NCBI RefSeq assembly: GCF_004010195.1
Contig: NC_057751.1
Coordinates: 5,667,299 to 5,731,298 of the forward strand
Origin: Chiloscyllium plagiosum
Taxonomy: Eukaryota
DNA length: 64,000 bases
Direction of reading: 5' to 3'
Part shown: positions 40,840 to 54,194 of the stretch, one piece after another
Position numbering within the stretch: position 1 is the stretch's first letter
Layout: each line of letters begins with the position of its first letter
Made by a program: the position numbers and the translations under genes
Notes under the pieces: model-generated
Database searches by the model: none
The model's input: the letters and a program-made list of their open reading frames with translations, nothing else
Told to the model about the DNA's origin: nothing

Positions 40840-43590
40840 TTCATAGACAAATCCAGATGCCTTACAAATTATGTAATTGTATCAGCCTCCTCCACTTCCT
40901 CTGGCAGCTCATTCATTATGTACAACCAACCTCTGCGTGGAAACAGTTGCCCCTGAGGTGTCTTTTATATCTTTCCCCTCTCACCCTAAGCCTATGCCCT
41001 CTAGTTCTGAACCCTCCTACCCCAGTGAAAAGACCTTGTCAATTTATCCTATCCATGCTCTTCATGATTTTATAAAGCTCTAAAAGGTCACCCCTCAGCC
41101 TCCAACACTCCAGGGGAAACACCCCCAGCCTGTTCAGCCTCTCCCTGCAGCTCAAATCCTCCAACCCTGGCAACATCCTTATAACTCTTTTCTAAACCCT
41201 TTCAAGTTTCACAACATCCTTCTGATAGGAAGGAGACCACAATTGCATGTAATATTCCAAAAGTGGCCAAACCAATGTTCTGTACAGCTGCGACATGCCC
41301 TCCCAACTCCTGTACTCAATACTCTGACCAACAAAGGAAAGCATACCTAATGCCGCCTTCACTATCCTATCTACCTGCAACTCTACTTTCAAGGAGCTAT
41401 GAACTTGCACTCCAAGGTCTCTTTGTTCAGCAACACTGCCTCGGAACTTACCATTAAGTGTATAAGTTCTGCTCTGATTTGCTTTTCCAAAATGCAGCAC
41501 CTCACATTTATCTAGTTTTAAACTCCATCTGCCATTCCTCAGCCCATTGGCACATCTGAGCAAGATCCCATTGTACTCTGAGGTAACCTTCTTTGCTGTC
41601 TACTGCACCTCAATTTTGGTGTCATCTGCAAACTTACTAACTATACCTCCTCTGTTCACATCCAAATCATTTATATTATGAAAAGTACGGACCCAGCACT
41701 GATCCTTGCAGCATACCACTGGTCACAGGCCCCCAGTCTGAAAAGCAACCCTCCACCACTACCCTCTGTCTTCTACCATCGAGCTAATTTTGTATCCAAA
41801 TGGCTAGTTCTCCGTGTATTCCATGAGATCTAACCTTGCTAACCAGTCTCCTATGGGGAACCTTGTCGAACGCCTTACTGAAGTCCATATAGATCATGTA
41901 CACCGCTCTGACCTCAGCAATTCACTTTGTTACTTCTAAAAAAACTCAATCAAGTTTGAGCTACATGATTTCCCACGCACAAAGCCATGCTGACTATCCC
42001 TAATCAGTCCTTGCCTTTCCAAATACATGCAAATCCTGTCTGTCAGGATTTCCTCTAACAGCTTGCCCACCACTTACACCAGGCTCATCGATCTATAGTT
42101 CGCTGGCTTTTCCTTACCTCTCTTCTTAAATAGTGGCACTACGTTAGCCAACCTCCAGTCTTCCGGCACCTCACCTGTGACTATCAATGATACAAATATC
42201 TCAGCAAAAGGCCCAGCAATCACTTCTCTAGCTTCCCACAGCGTTCTAGCATACACCTGATCAGGTCCTGGAGATTTGTGCACTCTTATGTGTTTCAAGA
42301 CTTCCAGTACCACCTCCTCTGTGAGATGGAAATTTTTCAAGATATCTCCATCTATTTCCCCACATTCTATGTCTTCCATGTCCTTATCCACTGTAAACAC
42401 TGACACAAAATGCTCGTTTAGTATCTCACCCATCACCTGCGGCTCCACACGTAGGCTGCCTTGCTGACCTTTGAGAGGCCCTATTCTCTCCCTATTTATC
42501 CTTTTGGCCTTAATGTGTTTATAAAAGCCCTTTGGATTCTCCTTTACCCTATTTGCCAAAGCTATCTCATGTCCCCTTTCTTCCCTCCTCATTTCCCTCT
42601 TAAATATACTCCTCCTGCCTTCATACCCTTTGAAGGATTCACTTGATCTCTCCTGTCTATACATGCTTTCTTCTTTTTCTGAACCAAACCCTCAGTTTCT
42701 TTAGTCATCCAGCACTCCCTATACCTAACAGCCTTTCATTTCACCTAAACAGGAATATACAGTCTCTGGACTCTCATTCTCTCATTTTTGAAGACTTCCC
42801 ATTTTCCAGCCATCCTTTATCTGCGAACATCTGCATCCAGTCAACTTTTGAAAGTTCTTGCTGAATACTGTCAAAATTAGCTTTCCTCCAGTTGAGAAAC
42901 ACAACTTTTAGATCTGGTCTATCCTTTTCCATCACTATTTAAAAACTAATAGAATTATGGTCACTGGCCCCAAAGTGCTTCCCCACTGACATCTTGGTCA
43001 CTAGCTCTGCCTTATTTCCCAAGAATAGGTCAAGTTTTACACCATCTCTCGTGGGTACATCCACATACTGATTAAGAAAATGTTCTTGTACACTCTTAAC
43101 AAATTCCTCTCCATCTAAACCCTCAATACGATGGCAGTACCAGTCTATGTTTGGAACACTAAAATCCCCGACCATAACCACCCTATTATTCTTACAGGTA
43201 ACTGAAATCTCCTTGCATATTTATTTCTCAATTTTCCACTGACAATTAGGGGGTCAAATAATACAATCCCAAATAAGGTGATCATCCTTTTCTTATTTCT
43301 CAGTTCCACCCAAATAACTTGCCTGGATGTATTCCTAGGAATATCCTCCTTAACTACAACTGTAATGCTATCCCTTATCAAAAATGCCACTCCCTCTCCT
43401 CTCTTGGCCCCCTTTCTATCCTTCCTATCACATTTATATCCTGGAACATTAAGCCACCAGTCCTGTCCATTGCTGAGCCACGTTTCTGTAATTGCTATGA
43501 TATCCCAGTCCCATGTCCCTAACCATTCCCTGCGTTCACCTGCCTTCCCTGTTAGGCCTCTTTCACTGAAGTAATACAGTTTAATTTCTG
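40840..43590 (-). mobile_element. CR1 LINE ORF2 (APE endonuclease + RT), frameshifted
   Basis: DIIAITETW (APE), MVGDFSVPNIDW, KSPGPD, PEDWRLANVVPLFKK, KCEVLHFGK across ORFs 41192-43672. Confidence 0.93.
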
Positions 43591-43659
43591 ATAAATCTGT
43601 CCAATTAAGAGGAAGAAAAGAAAAACCATTTGAAATTGTGAAACAAACAATGAAAACTA

Positions 43660-45830
43660 GACTAGATGGCATTGAGTTTCACAAGGAAGAGGTGTGAGCA
43701 ATACTGGGAAGTGTGGAAATAGCTAAGTCCCCAGGGCCGGATGGGATTTATCCTAGGATACTCTGGGAAGCCAGGGAGGAGATTGCAAAGCCTTTGACTT
43801 TGATCCTTATGTCATTGTTGACTATAGGAATAGTGCCAAAAGACTGGAGAATAGCAAATGTCCCCTTGTTCAAGTATGACAGCAGAGACAACCTTGGTAA
43901 TTAGAGACCAGTGAGCCTTACTTCGGTTTTGGTGAAGTGTTGGAAAAGGTTAAAAGAGATAGGACTCAATCATCTAGAGAGGAATAAGTTGATTAGGGAT
44001 AGTCAACACGGTTTTGTGAAGGGTAGGTCGTGCCTCTCAAAACTTAGAGTTCTTTGAGATGGTGACCAAACAGGTGGATGAGGGTAAAGCAGTTGATGTG
44101 GTGTACATGAATTTCAGTCGGGCTTTTGATAAGGTTCCTCATGGTCGGCTATTGCACAAAATGAGGAGACATGGGATTGAAGGTGATTTAGTGGTTTGGA
44201 TCAGAAATTGGTGAGCTGAAAGAAGACAGAGGATGGTTGTTGATGGGAAATATTCATTCTGGAATTCAGTTTCTAGTGGTGTACTGCAAGGATCTGTTTT
44301 GGGGCCACTGCTGTTTGTCATTTTTATAAATGATCTAAATGAGGGTGTAGAAGGATGGGTTAGCAAATTTGCAGATGACACTAAGGTCGTTGGAGTTGCG
44401 GATAGTGCTGAAGGATGTTGCAGGTTACAGAGGGACATAGATAAGCTGCAGAGCTGGGCCAAGAGGTGGCAAATGGAAATTAATGCAGAAAAGTGTGAGG
44501 TGATTCATTTTGGAAGGAGTAACAGGAACGCAGAGTACTGGGCTAATGGTGGGATTCTTGGTAGTGTGGATTAACTGAGAGATCTCGGTATCCGTGCACA
44601 TAGTTTCCTGAAAGTTGCCACCCAGGGTTGATGGGGTTGTTAAGAAGGCATTCTGGATCAGTGGTGCTAGAAGAGCACAGCAGTTCAGACAGCATCCGAG
44701 GAGCAGTAAAATCGACGTTTCAGGCAAAAGCCCTTCATCAGGAATAAAGGCAGAGAGCCTGAAGCGTGGAGAGATAAGCTAGAGGAGGGTGGGGGTGGGG
44801 AGAAAGTAGCATGGCGGAAGATGAGGTGTTCTTCCTCCAGGCGTCTGGTGGTGAGGGAGTGGTGGTGAAGGAGGCCCAGGACCTCCATGTCCTTGGCAGA
44901 GTGGGAGGGGGAGTTGAAATGTTGGGCCACAGGGCGGTGTGGTTGATTGGTGTGGGTGTCCCGGAGATGTTCCCTAAAGTGTTCTGCTAGGAGGCGTCCA
45001 GTCTCCCCAATGTAGAGGACACTGCATCGGGAGCAACGGATACAATAAATGATAATAGTGGATGTGCAGGTAAAACTTTGGATGTGGAAGGCTCCTTTAG
45101 GGCCTTGGATGGAGGTGAGGGAGGTGGTGTGAGCGCAAGTTTTGCAGTTCCTGTGGTGGCATGGGAGGGTGGGTTGTAGGCGGGCGTAGACCTGACCAGG
45201 TAGTCACGGAGGGAACGGTCTTTGCGGTCTTCCATCCGATGTGTTAGCCTTTATTGGTAGAAGGATTGAGTTTTGGACCCATGAGATCATGCTGCAGCTG
45301 TACAAAACTCTGGTGCAGCCACACTTGAAGTATTGCGTGCAGTTCTGGTCACCACATTATAGGAAGGATGTGGAAGCTTTGGAAAGGGTTCAGAGGAGAT
45401 TTACTAGGATGTTGCCTGATATGGAGGGAAGGTCTTATGAGGAAAAGCTGAGGGACTTGAGGCTGTTATCCTTAGAGAGAAGAAGGTTGAGAGGTGACAT
45501 AATTGAGATATATAAGATAATCAGAGGGTTAAATAGGTTGGGCAGTGAGACCCTTTTTCCTCAGATGGTGATGGCTAGCACACGGGGACATAGCTTTAAC
45601 TTGAGGGATGACAGATATAGGACAGATGTTAGAGGTAGTTTATTTACTCAGTGAATAGTAGGTGCATGGAACACACTGCCTGCAACAGTAGTAGACTTGC
45701 CAACTTTAAGGACATTTAAATGGTCATTGGATAGGCATATGGACGAGAATGGAATAGTGTAGGTGAGATGGGCCTGAGATTGGTTCCACAACATCGAGGG
45801 CCAAAGGGCCTGTACTATGTTCTATGATAA
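43660..45830 (+). mobile_element. CR1 LINE 3' half (second subfamily), interrupted by a Penelope
   Basis: [30 protein letters not shown]...FADDTK, YCVQFWSPHYRKD. Confidence 0.92.
44652..45236 (-). mobile_element. Penelope 3' fragment (GIY-YIG remnant + pLTR) nested in CR1
   Basis: YCIRCSRCSVLYIGETGR-type GIY-YIG codons (~44995-45050). The pLTR carries CTGATGA-AGGGCTTTTGCCT-GAAACGTC on minus at 44714-44741. Confidence 0.85.
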
Positions 45831-46147
45831 AAAGACCACTGTTCAAAATGATTTCACTGGAGACAACACACTAGTATTGAGATCTGTCTGGTGAGCCATT
45901 GAAGTGAGGTTCTTTGGACCTTTTCAAAGCAAAAAATAAAGTCAATACAGGCAGTCCCAGGGTTGTGAATGGGTTTCTTTCCTAACTGCATTCCCAAATT
46001 GACTTAAACACAAGTTGGAACACAATGCAGGTCAGTATAATGCAGCTATTCATAAGCATAAGAAGTGTTCTTAATTAAAATTGCACCCCTATAAGGGATC
46101 GCATTTGTCATTACAAGTGTTCTGAAGTTGGATGTTCATAAGGCACC

Positions 46148-46892
46148 ATCTTGTAAATCTTTTCTGAACCCTTTCAAATTTCACAACATCTTTCCAAGAG
46201 GAAGGAGACCAGAATTGCTCACAGTATTCCAACAGTGACCTAACCAATGTCCCATACAGCAGCAACATGACCTCCCAACTCCTGTACTCAATACTCTGAC
46301 CAATAAAGGAAAGCATACCGAACGCCTTCTTCACTATCCTATCTACCTGCGACTCCACTTTCAAGGAGCTATGAACCTGCACTCCAAGGTCTTTTTGTTC
46401 AGCAACACTCCCTTGGACCTTACCATTAAGTGTATAAGTCCTGATAAGAATTGTTTTCCCAAAATGCAGCACCTTGCATTTATCCGAATTAAAGTCCATC
46501 TGCCACTTCTCGTCCCATTGGCCCATCTGATCACGATACTGTTGTAATCTGAGGTAACCTTCTTCACTGTCCACTAGACCGCCAATTTTGGTGTCATCTG
46601 CAAACTTACTAACTATACCTCTTATGCTCTCATCCAAATCATTTATATAATTGATGAAAAGAAGTGGACCCAGCACCGATCCTTATGGCACTCCACTGGT
46701 CACAGGCCTCCAGTCTGAAAAACAACCCTCCACCATCACTCTCTGTCTTCTACCTTCAAGCCAATTCTGTATCCAAATGGCTAATTCTTCCTGTATTCCG
46801 TGAGATCTAACCTTGCTAATCAGTCTCCCTGTTGAATGCCTTACTGAAGTCCATATAGATCATATCTACTGCTCTGCTCTCATCAATCAAGT
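46148..46892 (-). mobile_element. CR1 LINE RT fragment
   Basis: ORF 46089-46676 LGPLLFINYINDLD...FADDTK; same subfamily as 1-601. Confidence 0.92.
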
Positions 46893-48670
46893 TCGTGATA
46901 ATTTTGCTTGTTGTTTGTATAGGGTCTTTCAAGTTAATTAGCTGCTGTTTTAGTGTGTTGGTGGGTTTGTGGGCTACCATGATGCCATGTGGTCTGAGTT
47001 GTCTGGCAGTCACTTCCAAGATGTATTTGATGTAAGAGAGAGTGGCAAGGGTTTCTGGACATGTATTATCTGCTTGTCTGGGTTTAGAGTTCAAAAATCG
47101 GCGTGCTGTGTTCATTGGGTACCCTTTCTTTTTGATTACACTATATAGGTGATTTTCCTCTGTGCTGCAGTGTGTGTTGGCTCATTGAAATAATATTCTA
47201 ATGCAGCTTTGTTTGTGGATGTTGGATAATTGCTTCTGTAGCTCAATATTTGGTCTGTATGTGTTGTTTTCCCATAGACGCTGGTTTGAAGTTCCCCATT
47301 GGCTGTTCACTGTACTGCAACATCTAGGAATGGCGGTTTGTTCTTGTTTTCCTCCTCTTTAGTGAATTTTATGCCAGTAAGGGTAGTACAGATGGTCTTG
47401 AAGGTTTCCTCTAATTTGGGTGATCTTATAGAGGTTTACAAAATTATGAGGGGCATGGATAGGATAAATAGGCAAAGTCTTTTCCCTGGGGTCGGGGAGT
47501 CCAGAACTAGACGGCATAGGCTTAGGGTGAGAGGGGAAAGGTATAAAAGAGACCTAAGGGGCAACTTTTTCACGCAGAGGGTGGTGCGTGTATGGAATGA
47601 GCTGCCAGACGAAGTGGTGGAGGCTGGTACAATTGCAACATTTAAGAGGCATTTGGATGGGTATGGGCTGGGTTTGGAGGGATATGGGCTGGGTGCTGAC
47701 AGGTGGGACTAGATTGGGTTGGGAAATCTGATCGGCATGGACAGCTTGGACCGAAGGGTCTGTTTCCATGCTGTACATCTCTGTGACTCTAGTGATGACA
47801 AAGGTGGCATCCACATAGCGGACCCAAAGTTTGGGTTGGATGGTTGGCAGAGCTGTTTGTTCGAGTCTCTGCTAAGAACCCTGATATTGGAGATCCCATG
47901 GGTGTTCCATTGATTTGTTTGTAGGTTTTGTTGTTGAAGGTGCAGTGGGTGGTAGGGCATAGGTCCACAAGCTTGATGATACTGTCCTTGTTGATGAAGT
48001 TGTTGGTTTTTGGTGTATGTGTCTTTGGGTCGTCTAATAATGTAGTCAGTGTTTCCTTGGCCAGGTTGATGTTGACAGGTGTGAACAGGGCTGTTACATT
48101 AGAGGAGACCATTATTTCATCCTCTTCTATCTTAGTGTCTTTGGTCTTCAGGAATTCTTGGGTGGAGTGGATGGAGTGGTGTGAGGCTTTTACTAAGTGT
48201 TTTAGTCTTTGGTGTAGCTCCTTGGCCAATCTGTACATTGGTGTTCCAGTTTGCGAGACTGAGTCTGAGGAGGGCTCCTGGCTTGTGAAGTTTGGGTAAT
48301 CCATAGAAGTGTGGTGTGTTGGATTCATCTGGTTTCATTTTTTGGAGGCTGGTCTTATTTATTTCTCCAGATTTCTGAAGTTTTTTGAGTAGGTCTCTGA
48401 TTTGGTTCTCTCGTTGTGGGGTTGGGTCTGAGCATCTGCAAGTAGTGTATTTGCTTTCTCAATGTAGTCGCTTTGATTTAAGATGACTGTCAAGTGTCCT
48501 TTGTCTGCAGATAGGACAATATTTTTATCTTTTTAAAGTCTTTTCAGTGCTTTCCTTTGTTGTGTTTTGAGTATGTTTCCTTCCTTTTTCCTGCTTAACG
48601 TTGGTGTGACTGCCTGTCTGATGGTTTGCTGGATTTCTTCTGTGAGTTGGTTGTCTTTCATTTCTGATTT
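46893..48670 (-). mobile_element. Penelope-like element (second clade) RT region, interrupted by a CR1 tail
   Basis: PHFYGLPKLHK, MVSSNVTALFT, YKQINGTPMGSPISG in ORFs 47789-48338. Confidence 0.88.
47419..47790 (+). mobile_element. Young CR1 3' end nested in the Penelope
   Basis: GDLIEVYKIMRGMDR...FFTQRVVRVWNELP and tail ...CTGTACATCTCTGTGACTCT. Confidence 0.9.
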
Positions 48671-49355
48671 CTGAGCAACAAAGCCAAACAAGCAGACAAA
48701 ATATGTCCAGAAACCCTTGCCACTCTCCCGTACGTCAAAGAATCTCAGAAATGACTACCAGACTATTCAGACCCCTTTGCATCATCATAGCCCATAAACT
48801 CACTAACACACTAAAACAGCAGCTAATGAACTTGAAAGACCCTATACACACAAGTAAAACTAATGTCATCTACAAAATACCTTGCAAAAACTGTAACAAA
48901 TACTACATCGGACAAACAGGCAGAAACCTAGCCACCAGGATACATGAACATCAACTAGCCACAAAACAACACGTGTCACTCTTACTAGTATCCTTACATA
49001 TGGATGAGGAAGGCCACTATTTTGACTGGGACAACACATCCATCCTAGAACAAGCCAGAGACATGCACGAGAATTCCTAGAAGCATGGCTTTCCAATCGG
49101 AACTCTATCAACAAACATATTGACTTGGATCTCATTTACCACCCCCCTGAAAAAACGAACAGAAAATGACATCACCATAGGAAATGGTGTCACCACAGAA
49201 AATGATATCACCAACCCAGGAAACCCAAACATATAAATAGAAAGCGGGCTACACCACCATTGCTTCATTCAGCGGCTCACTAAAGATGTGACTTTGTATG
49301 GTGATGAAACATCTGAAAATGAACCTTCCAACTCAGCAAGCAAACCTACATCCGT
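48671..49355 (+). mobile_element. Inverted Penelope 3' segment (GIY-YIG endonuclease + pLTR)
   Basis: NVIYKIPCKNCNKYYIGQTGRNLATRIHEH; an inverted duplicate of 46893-47090. Confidence 0.9.
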
Positions 49356-49847
49356 TCTTCATCATTAACAGTGAAGTCCTCTATTTCAATGTTTGATTGC
49401 ACCATCAATGTATGTTTGAATTGGTCTTCACGTGGAAGAGAAAGTATTGATCAACTCATGGCATCCAGTAGATTGTAATTAATCAGCACCTTCACCATAC
49501 TTGACCTGAAACAAGAAATTTCTTGGGATTTCAAATTAATGTTCAGGATTTCTAAAGCCACTATTAATCAACTGAATGTGCCACCCATTCTTTGTGGCCC
49601 AGTCCTGCCTGTGTAACAGAACACATATTCAAGGGAATATGATGGAGTTGTCGAGAATATGAGTTCATAGATGTGATTCTTTCAGTTCAATTTTGTCTGG
49701 CTTTGTTTGACTTATCTTTTGGAAAACATCCCCAACTAGAATGGTTTATTGCACCTGGCAGTAATCTTACATGAAAATTGTACTAACAGCATAGTAGAAT
49801 TTTGTGACAAGGAAATATTTTGGCTGACAGTACTATAGGGTATTACA

Positions 49848-50059
49848 GGAGAAAGTGAGGTCTGCAGATGCTGGAGATCAGAGCTGAAAATGTGTTGCTG
49901 GAAAAGCGCAGCAGGTCAGGCAGCATCCAGGGAACAGGAGAATCAGCGTTTCGGGCATAAGCCCTTCCTGAAGAAGGGCTTATGCCCAAAACGTCGATTC
50001 TCCTGTTTCCTGGATGCTGCCTGACCTGCTGCCCTTTTCCAGCAAAACATTTTCAGCTC
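49848..50059. mobile_element. Palindromic Penelope-pLTR-derived short element (young)
   Basis: Near-perfect inverted arms almost identical to the pLTR at 32092-32175, flanked by AGGGTATTACA (49837-49847, 50065-50075). Confidence 0.9.
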
Positions 50060-51309
50060 AGTACAGGGTATTACATACCTATCCATACAGTTTGTGATCT
50101 GCTTGAGTTCTCTGAATCTTTCAGTGGTGTTCCCATTTCCAAAATATTTCCTTAAGAAGTTCAGTTGGGAAATTAGCTTCACCATCTTTGAATTAAATTG
50201 CATGGAAGGAAACTATTTGATCCATCATTCCTGTGATGGCTGTTTGACAGAGATTTCCTTTGTCTTCTCTGTTTTTCCCATTCCCTAACTTTGTATTTAA
50301 GGATATAGGCAAGTGTGTTTTCATAGTTGCTGATGCTTCCACATTCTCTGGGCAGTTCATTCCAGATCATTACTCACCATGTAACAAATCTTATCCTTTC
50401 ACCTCTCGTTCTTTTGCCAATCATCTTGATTCTATGTCCTCTGGGTTTCAATCATCCTGCATGAGAAAGGACTTCCTCTCAGTCTAGCTATCAACTCATA
50501 AATCTACTAATGGAATTTAAATGTCCCAATCATATTCTCTGCTCAAAGGAAAATGATCCCCATTCTTTAATCTCTCTTCACAGCTCCAGTGACTGACTTA
50601 TCCATGTTTCCAAACTGTTTTGTGCAAGGAACCACAGTAACCAATGACACATTGTTGAAAAATCTCTTCAAATGCTCACCAGGGTTTGGAGATCTGCTGT
50701 GACACACATTTGAAGGCATTTTCCAAACTTCTGATAAGTATGTAAGCTGTAAAAAAGGAGACAGTGCGATTATTTGTGGATCATCATTTTTATTAATGTG
50801 AATAGGAACAAAAATACAATATTAATAGGTTTAAACATATGGTAAAATATAAAATTGGGTAACTCTTGAGACCCACCTCAAGACCTCACTTTGAAAACCA
50901 GAAACTGAATGTGTAAATCAACATTTGGAAAACCATAGAAAGTTGCAAGGTGTCATGTTTGATGTTCAGGAGCTTAGGATGTGTTTGTATGTGCAAAATC
51001 GCCATTATAAATAGTGGTAAGTTTCTGATCTTGTCATATCATTTAATATGATCAGTCACTTCTTTAATTGTGCATCAAATGAGTTTTTCAGAAGCAGTCA
51101 TGTCATCAGAATTGAGGATTTTTACTTGCCTGGACAACATTCAGTACCATTTGCAACTCCTCAGATCATAAAGCAGACTATATTCACATTCAGCAAGACT
51201 TGGAAATTTCCTGCTTGATTGATATGTGGCAGGCAGCGTTCACACTACATATGTATCAGGAAATGACCATCTACAACAAAAGAGAATCTAATCTTCCCTG
51301 ATATAAAAA

Positions 51310-51515
51310 TGATGTGGAGGTGCTGGTGTTGGACTGGATGGACAAAGTTAAAAATCACACAACAGGTTGTAGTCTAATAGGTTTATTTGGAAGTGCTAGC
51401 TTTCAGAGTGCTGCTCCTTCATCTAGTTACCTGATGAAGGAGCAGCGTTCTGAAAGCTCGTACTTCCAAGTAAACCAGTTGGAGTATAACTTGGGTATTG
51501 TGTGTTTTTTTTAAA
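51310..51515. mobile_element. Palindromic short element of a different sequence family with a hammerhead-like core
   Basis: Inverted arms, CTGATGA-AGGAGCAGCGTTCT-GAAAGCTC at 51431-51459, and flanks CTGATA(T/C)AAAAA (51298-51309, 51516-51527). A half copy lies at 52330-52420. Confidence 0.8.
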
Positions 51516-53554
51516 CTGATACAAAAAGGCATCATCATCATTGATAGCCCCATGATCTGAAACTGATTGTTTTTATGAGGCTTGTCCAATGATGACAAAA
51601 GAATGTCAAAAGCTGAGGGTTCTGCAGAAAGTAACTCATCTCCTCACTTCCCAAAACCTGTCCACCATCTTCAACGGACAAGTGTGATGGAGTACTTCTC
51701 AGTTGCCGAGATGAGCGTGCCCAACATGATTGAATAAGGTTCAACACCATCCAGGACAAAGCAACCCAATTGATCAGCTGTCCATCCACCATCAGAAATA
51801 CCTTCTCATTACCAATGATGAGTAATGGCAACTGCTATTAAGAATTAACTCACCCAGGTCCTATGACTGCAGCTGTCAACCTGCAATCTCTAATGGGGTG
51901 GAAATAGCAGGTGGATGGGAGTAATTGCAACTTCCCCTCTAAATCACACACCATCCTGACTTGGAACGATATTGCCAGTTCCTTCACTTGCTGGTGAAAA
52001 TCCTGACAGCATTGTGGGCGTACTGACACCACACGGACTGTAGCACCATAAACTTTTGAATGACCGTTAGGGATGTAAAACAAATGGTGAACTAATGAAA
52101 AGCACATTTCTTTCATCAAGTTTTCTTTTCAATAGAACCATGGGACTGAACTGTGAAACTTCACAATGTTTTAAAAGAATTGCTGAGTAAAAAAATACAT
52201 TTTGTGAAAGCCTTTCATTTTTCAGTCATAGAATAATTTGCAAGAAATATGAAAATAAAGGAAAAACATAATTTATAATGGTTGAGAGGACAATTTTGAT
52301 TGGTTGGCAGAATGCGCCAGTTAATGATGTTAAAAATTACACAACACCAAGTTATAATCCAACAGGTTTATTTGGAAGTACTAGCTTTCGGAGTGCTGCT
52401 CCTTCATTGGGTAGTTAATTATGACTGACAAGTTACTGTGAAGCTACATTTAAATTTTAAACAAAGCAGATTGACTTTGATTAGTAACACCAAATAATGT
52501 CCTGTGAAATGAACCAGAGAATGGTTGTCACCTGCTGTCTTCCATTGAAACAAATGCAGTGTGCACATGTTCTTTCTGTCTCCAAAGAACAGGGCCCAGT
52601 GTATTAATAATACATCTGGCTTCCAGTGTGGACAAATGCACCACAATGTGAGACTGGCTGATAATCCCAAATTGGCTGTCAGCATTATTCTTTGCATGGA
52701 TACAATTCTGTCACAAATATTGTCAAAACTGCTGAATCACATTTTATCTTGAACACTTGGGAGGACAGCACCCTATTTGACAAAATGTATTTTTTTTTAT
52801 CAGAGATACTCAAGTTTTAAACTAAAACTAGAACAAATTATGTTCTGATCAGTCTGCACACAACCAATGCCAGTTTATGTTGTAAATGGAAGCAAAAGAT
52901 ACTCCAGTTTGTTGTGACTTGCACATGAAAAATAGTTTGCATGAAGTCTTATAGAAAATCCAGATTTGTCAGTGGTAATTGTGGAATGCATTTATTCTTG
53001 AAAATACTTTTGTGTTTTCTATTGAAAACACGTTGTTTTTTCAGTGAAACCAAAATTTTCTTTCTGTGTCGATAGTAAGTCATTGTGTGACAGGCTTGGA
53101 GATATTAAACCTGACGAGTTAAACCATTATAATTATGTATGTCAGACCCTGCAGCATACAACATAAATCAACTTTAAAAGACACAAAATACAACCATGCA
53201 TCTGCTTTTATTTGCCCTTTTTGCTTCAACTCAATATATATTATGAATAGGTTCCAATTACTGCTGTCTACCAATCTTGGGAAAAAGATGGATTTGCTCA
53301 TGGTTCAGAAGTGATCTTGACAAGTACTTGCAAGAATGCATGGAAAAGGACCAGTTGATCCTGAGCACTATTTAAAGTGAAACTGTGAACATAAGACAGT
53401 AGAATGTTAGAAAGCTTTTCTTCATACGAAGTGACTCATCAAGAATTTTTTTTTGTTAAGGATAATTAAGACTAAAAACCTGAATTTAATCAAGAAACAG
53501 TTTTGTAAAGTGATAAGTGGCTTGTGGATCTCCCTCATGGAAATAAGGAAAATA

Positions 53555-53850
53555 GGAATAGGAGTACGTTACTCAGCCCTTTGAACCTGTCTGCCTTTCA
53601 ATTTGATCTTGGCTAATCATTTGATTCAGTATGCAGATTTTGCTTTCATCCCATTGCCTTTGATTCCTTTAATCGAAAGAATTATTCTTGCTCCTTCTTG
53701 AAAGTAGTATTCCGTATTTTGGCATCAACCACTTTCTGTGATTGAGAATTCCATAGGCTCACTGTTTTCAGGATGAAGGCATTTCTCCTCATATCACCTC
53801 ATCCTGGTCTGAAATGGCCTCTGCTAGGTCCTTTGACTGTGGCCCCTGGT
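53555..53850 (-). mobile_element. Old CR1 3' fragment
   Basis: Similar to 29670-29990. Confidence 0.65.
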
Positions 53851-54194
53851 TCTTGTGTGTTCATCCTATTTTTGTCTGTTTCTTCTTCCCTCCCCTTTGC
53901 ATTATTTTTTCCACAGGGTATTTTATGCATTGCATTTCTATGACTATGGCTTCCTTGATCAACAGCAACCTACAGAGACCCCGAAACACGAATTATATTG
54001 CATGGTTATAAATTACACTCAGGGAATCCAGTTTGCTTCTGCTTCTGAAAGACTGTCCTTATGCTCACTTCTGATATTTCCTTCAGTTCAATATATAGCA
54101 AGAATTTTTTTAAGGTTTCATTGATACTTTTTTGGGATTATAATCTGTGAAATGAAGCCCTGTTACCAGATTTGCAATATCATGCTTATGATTT

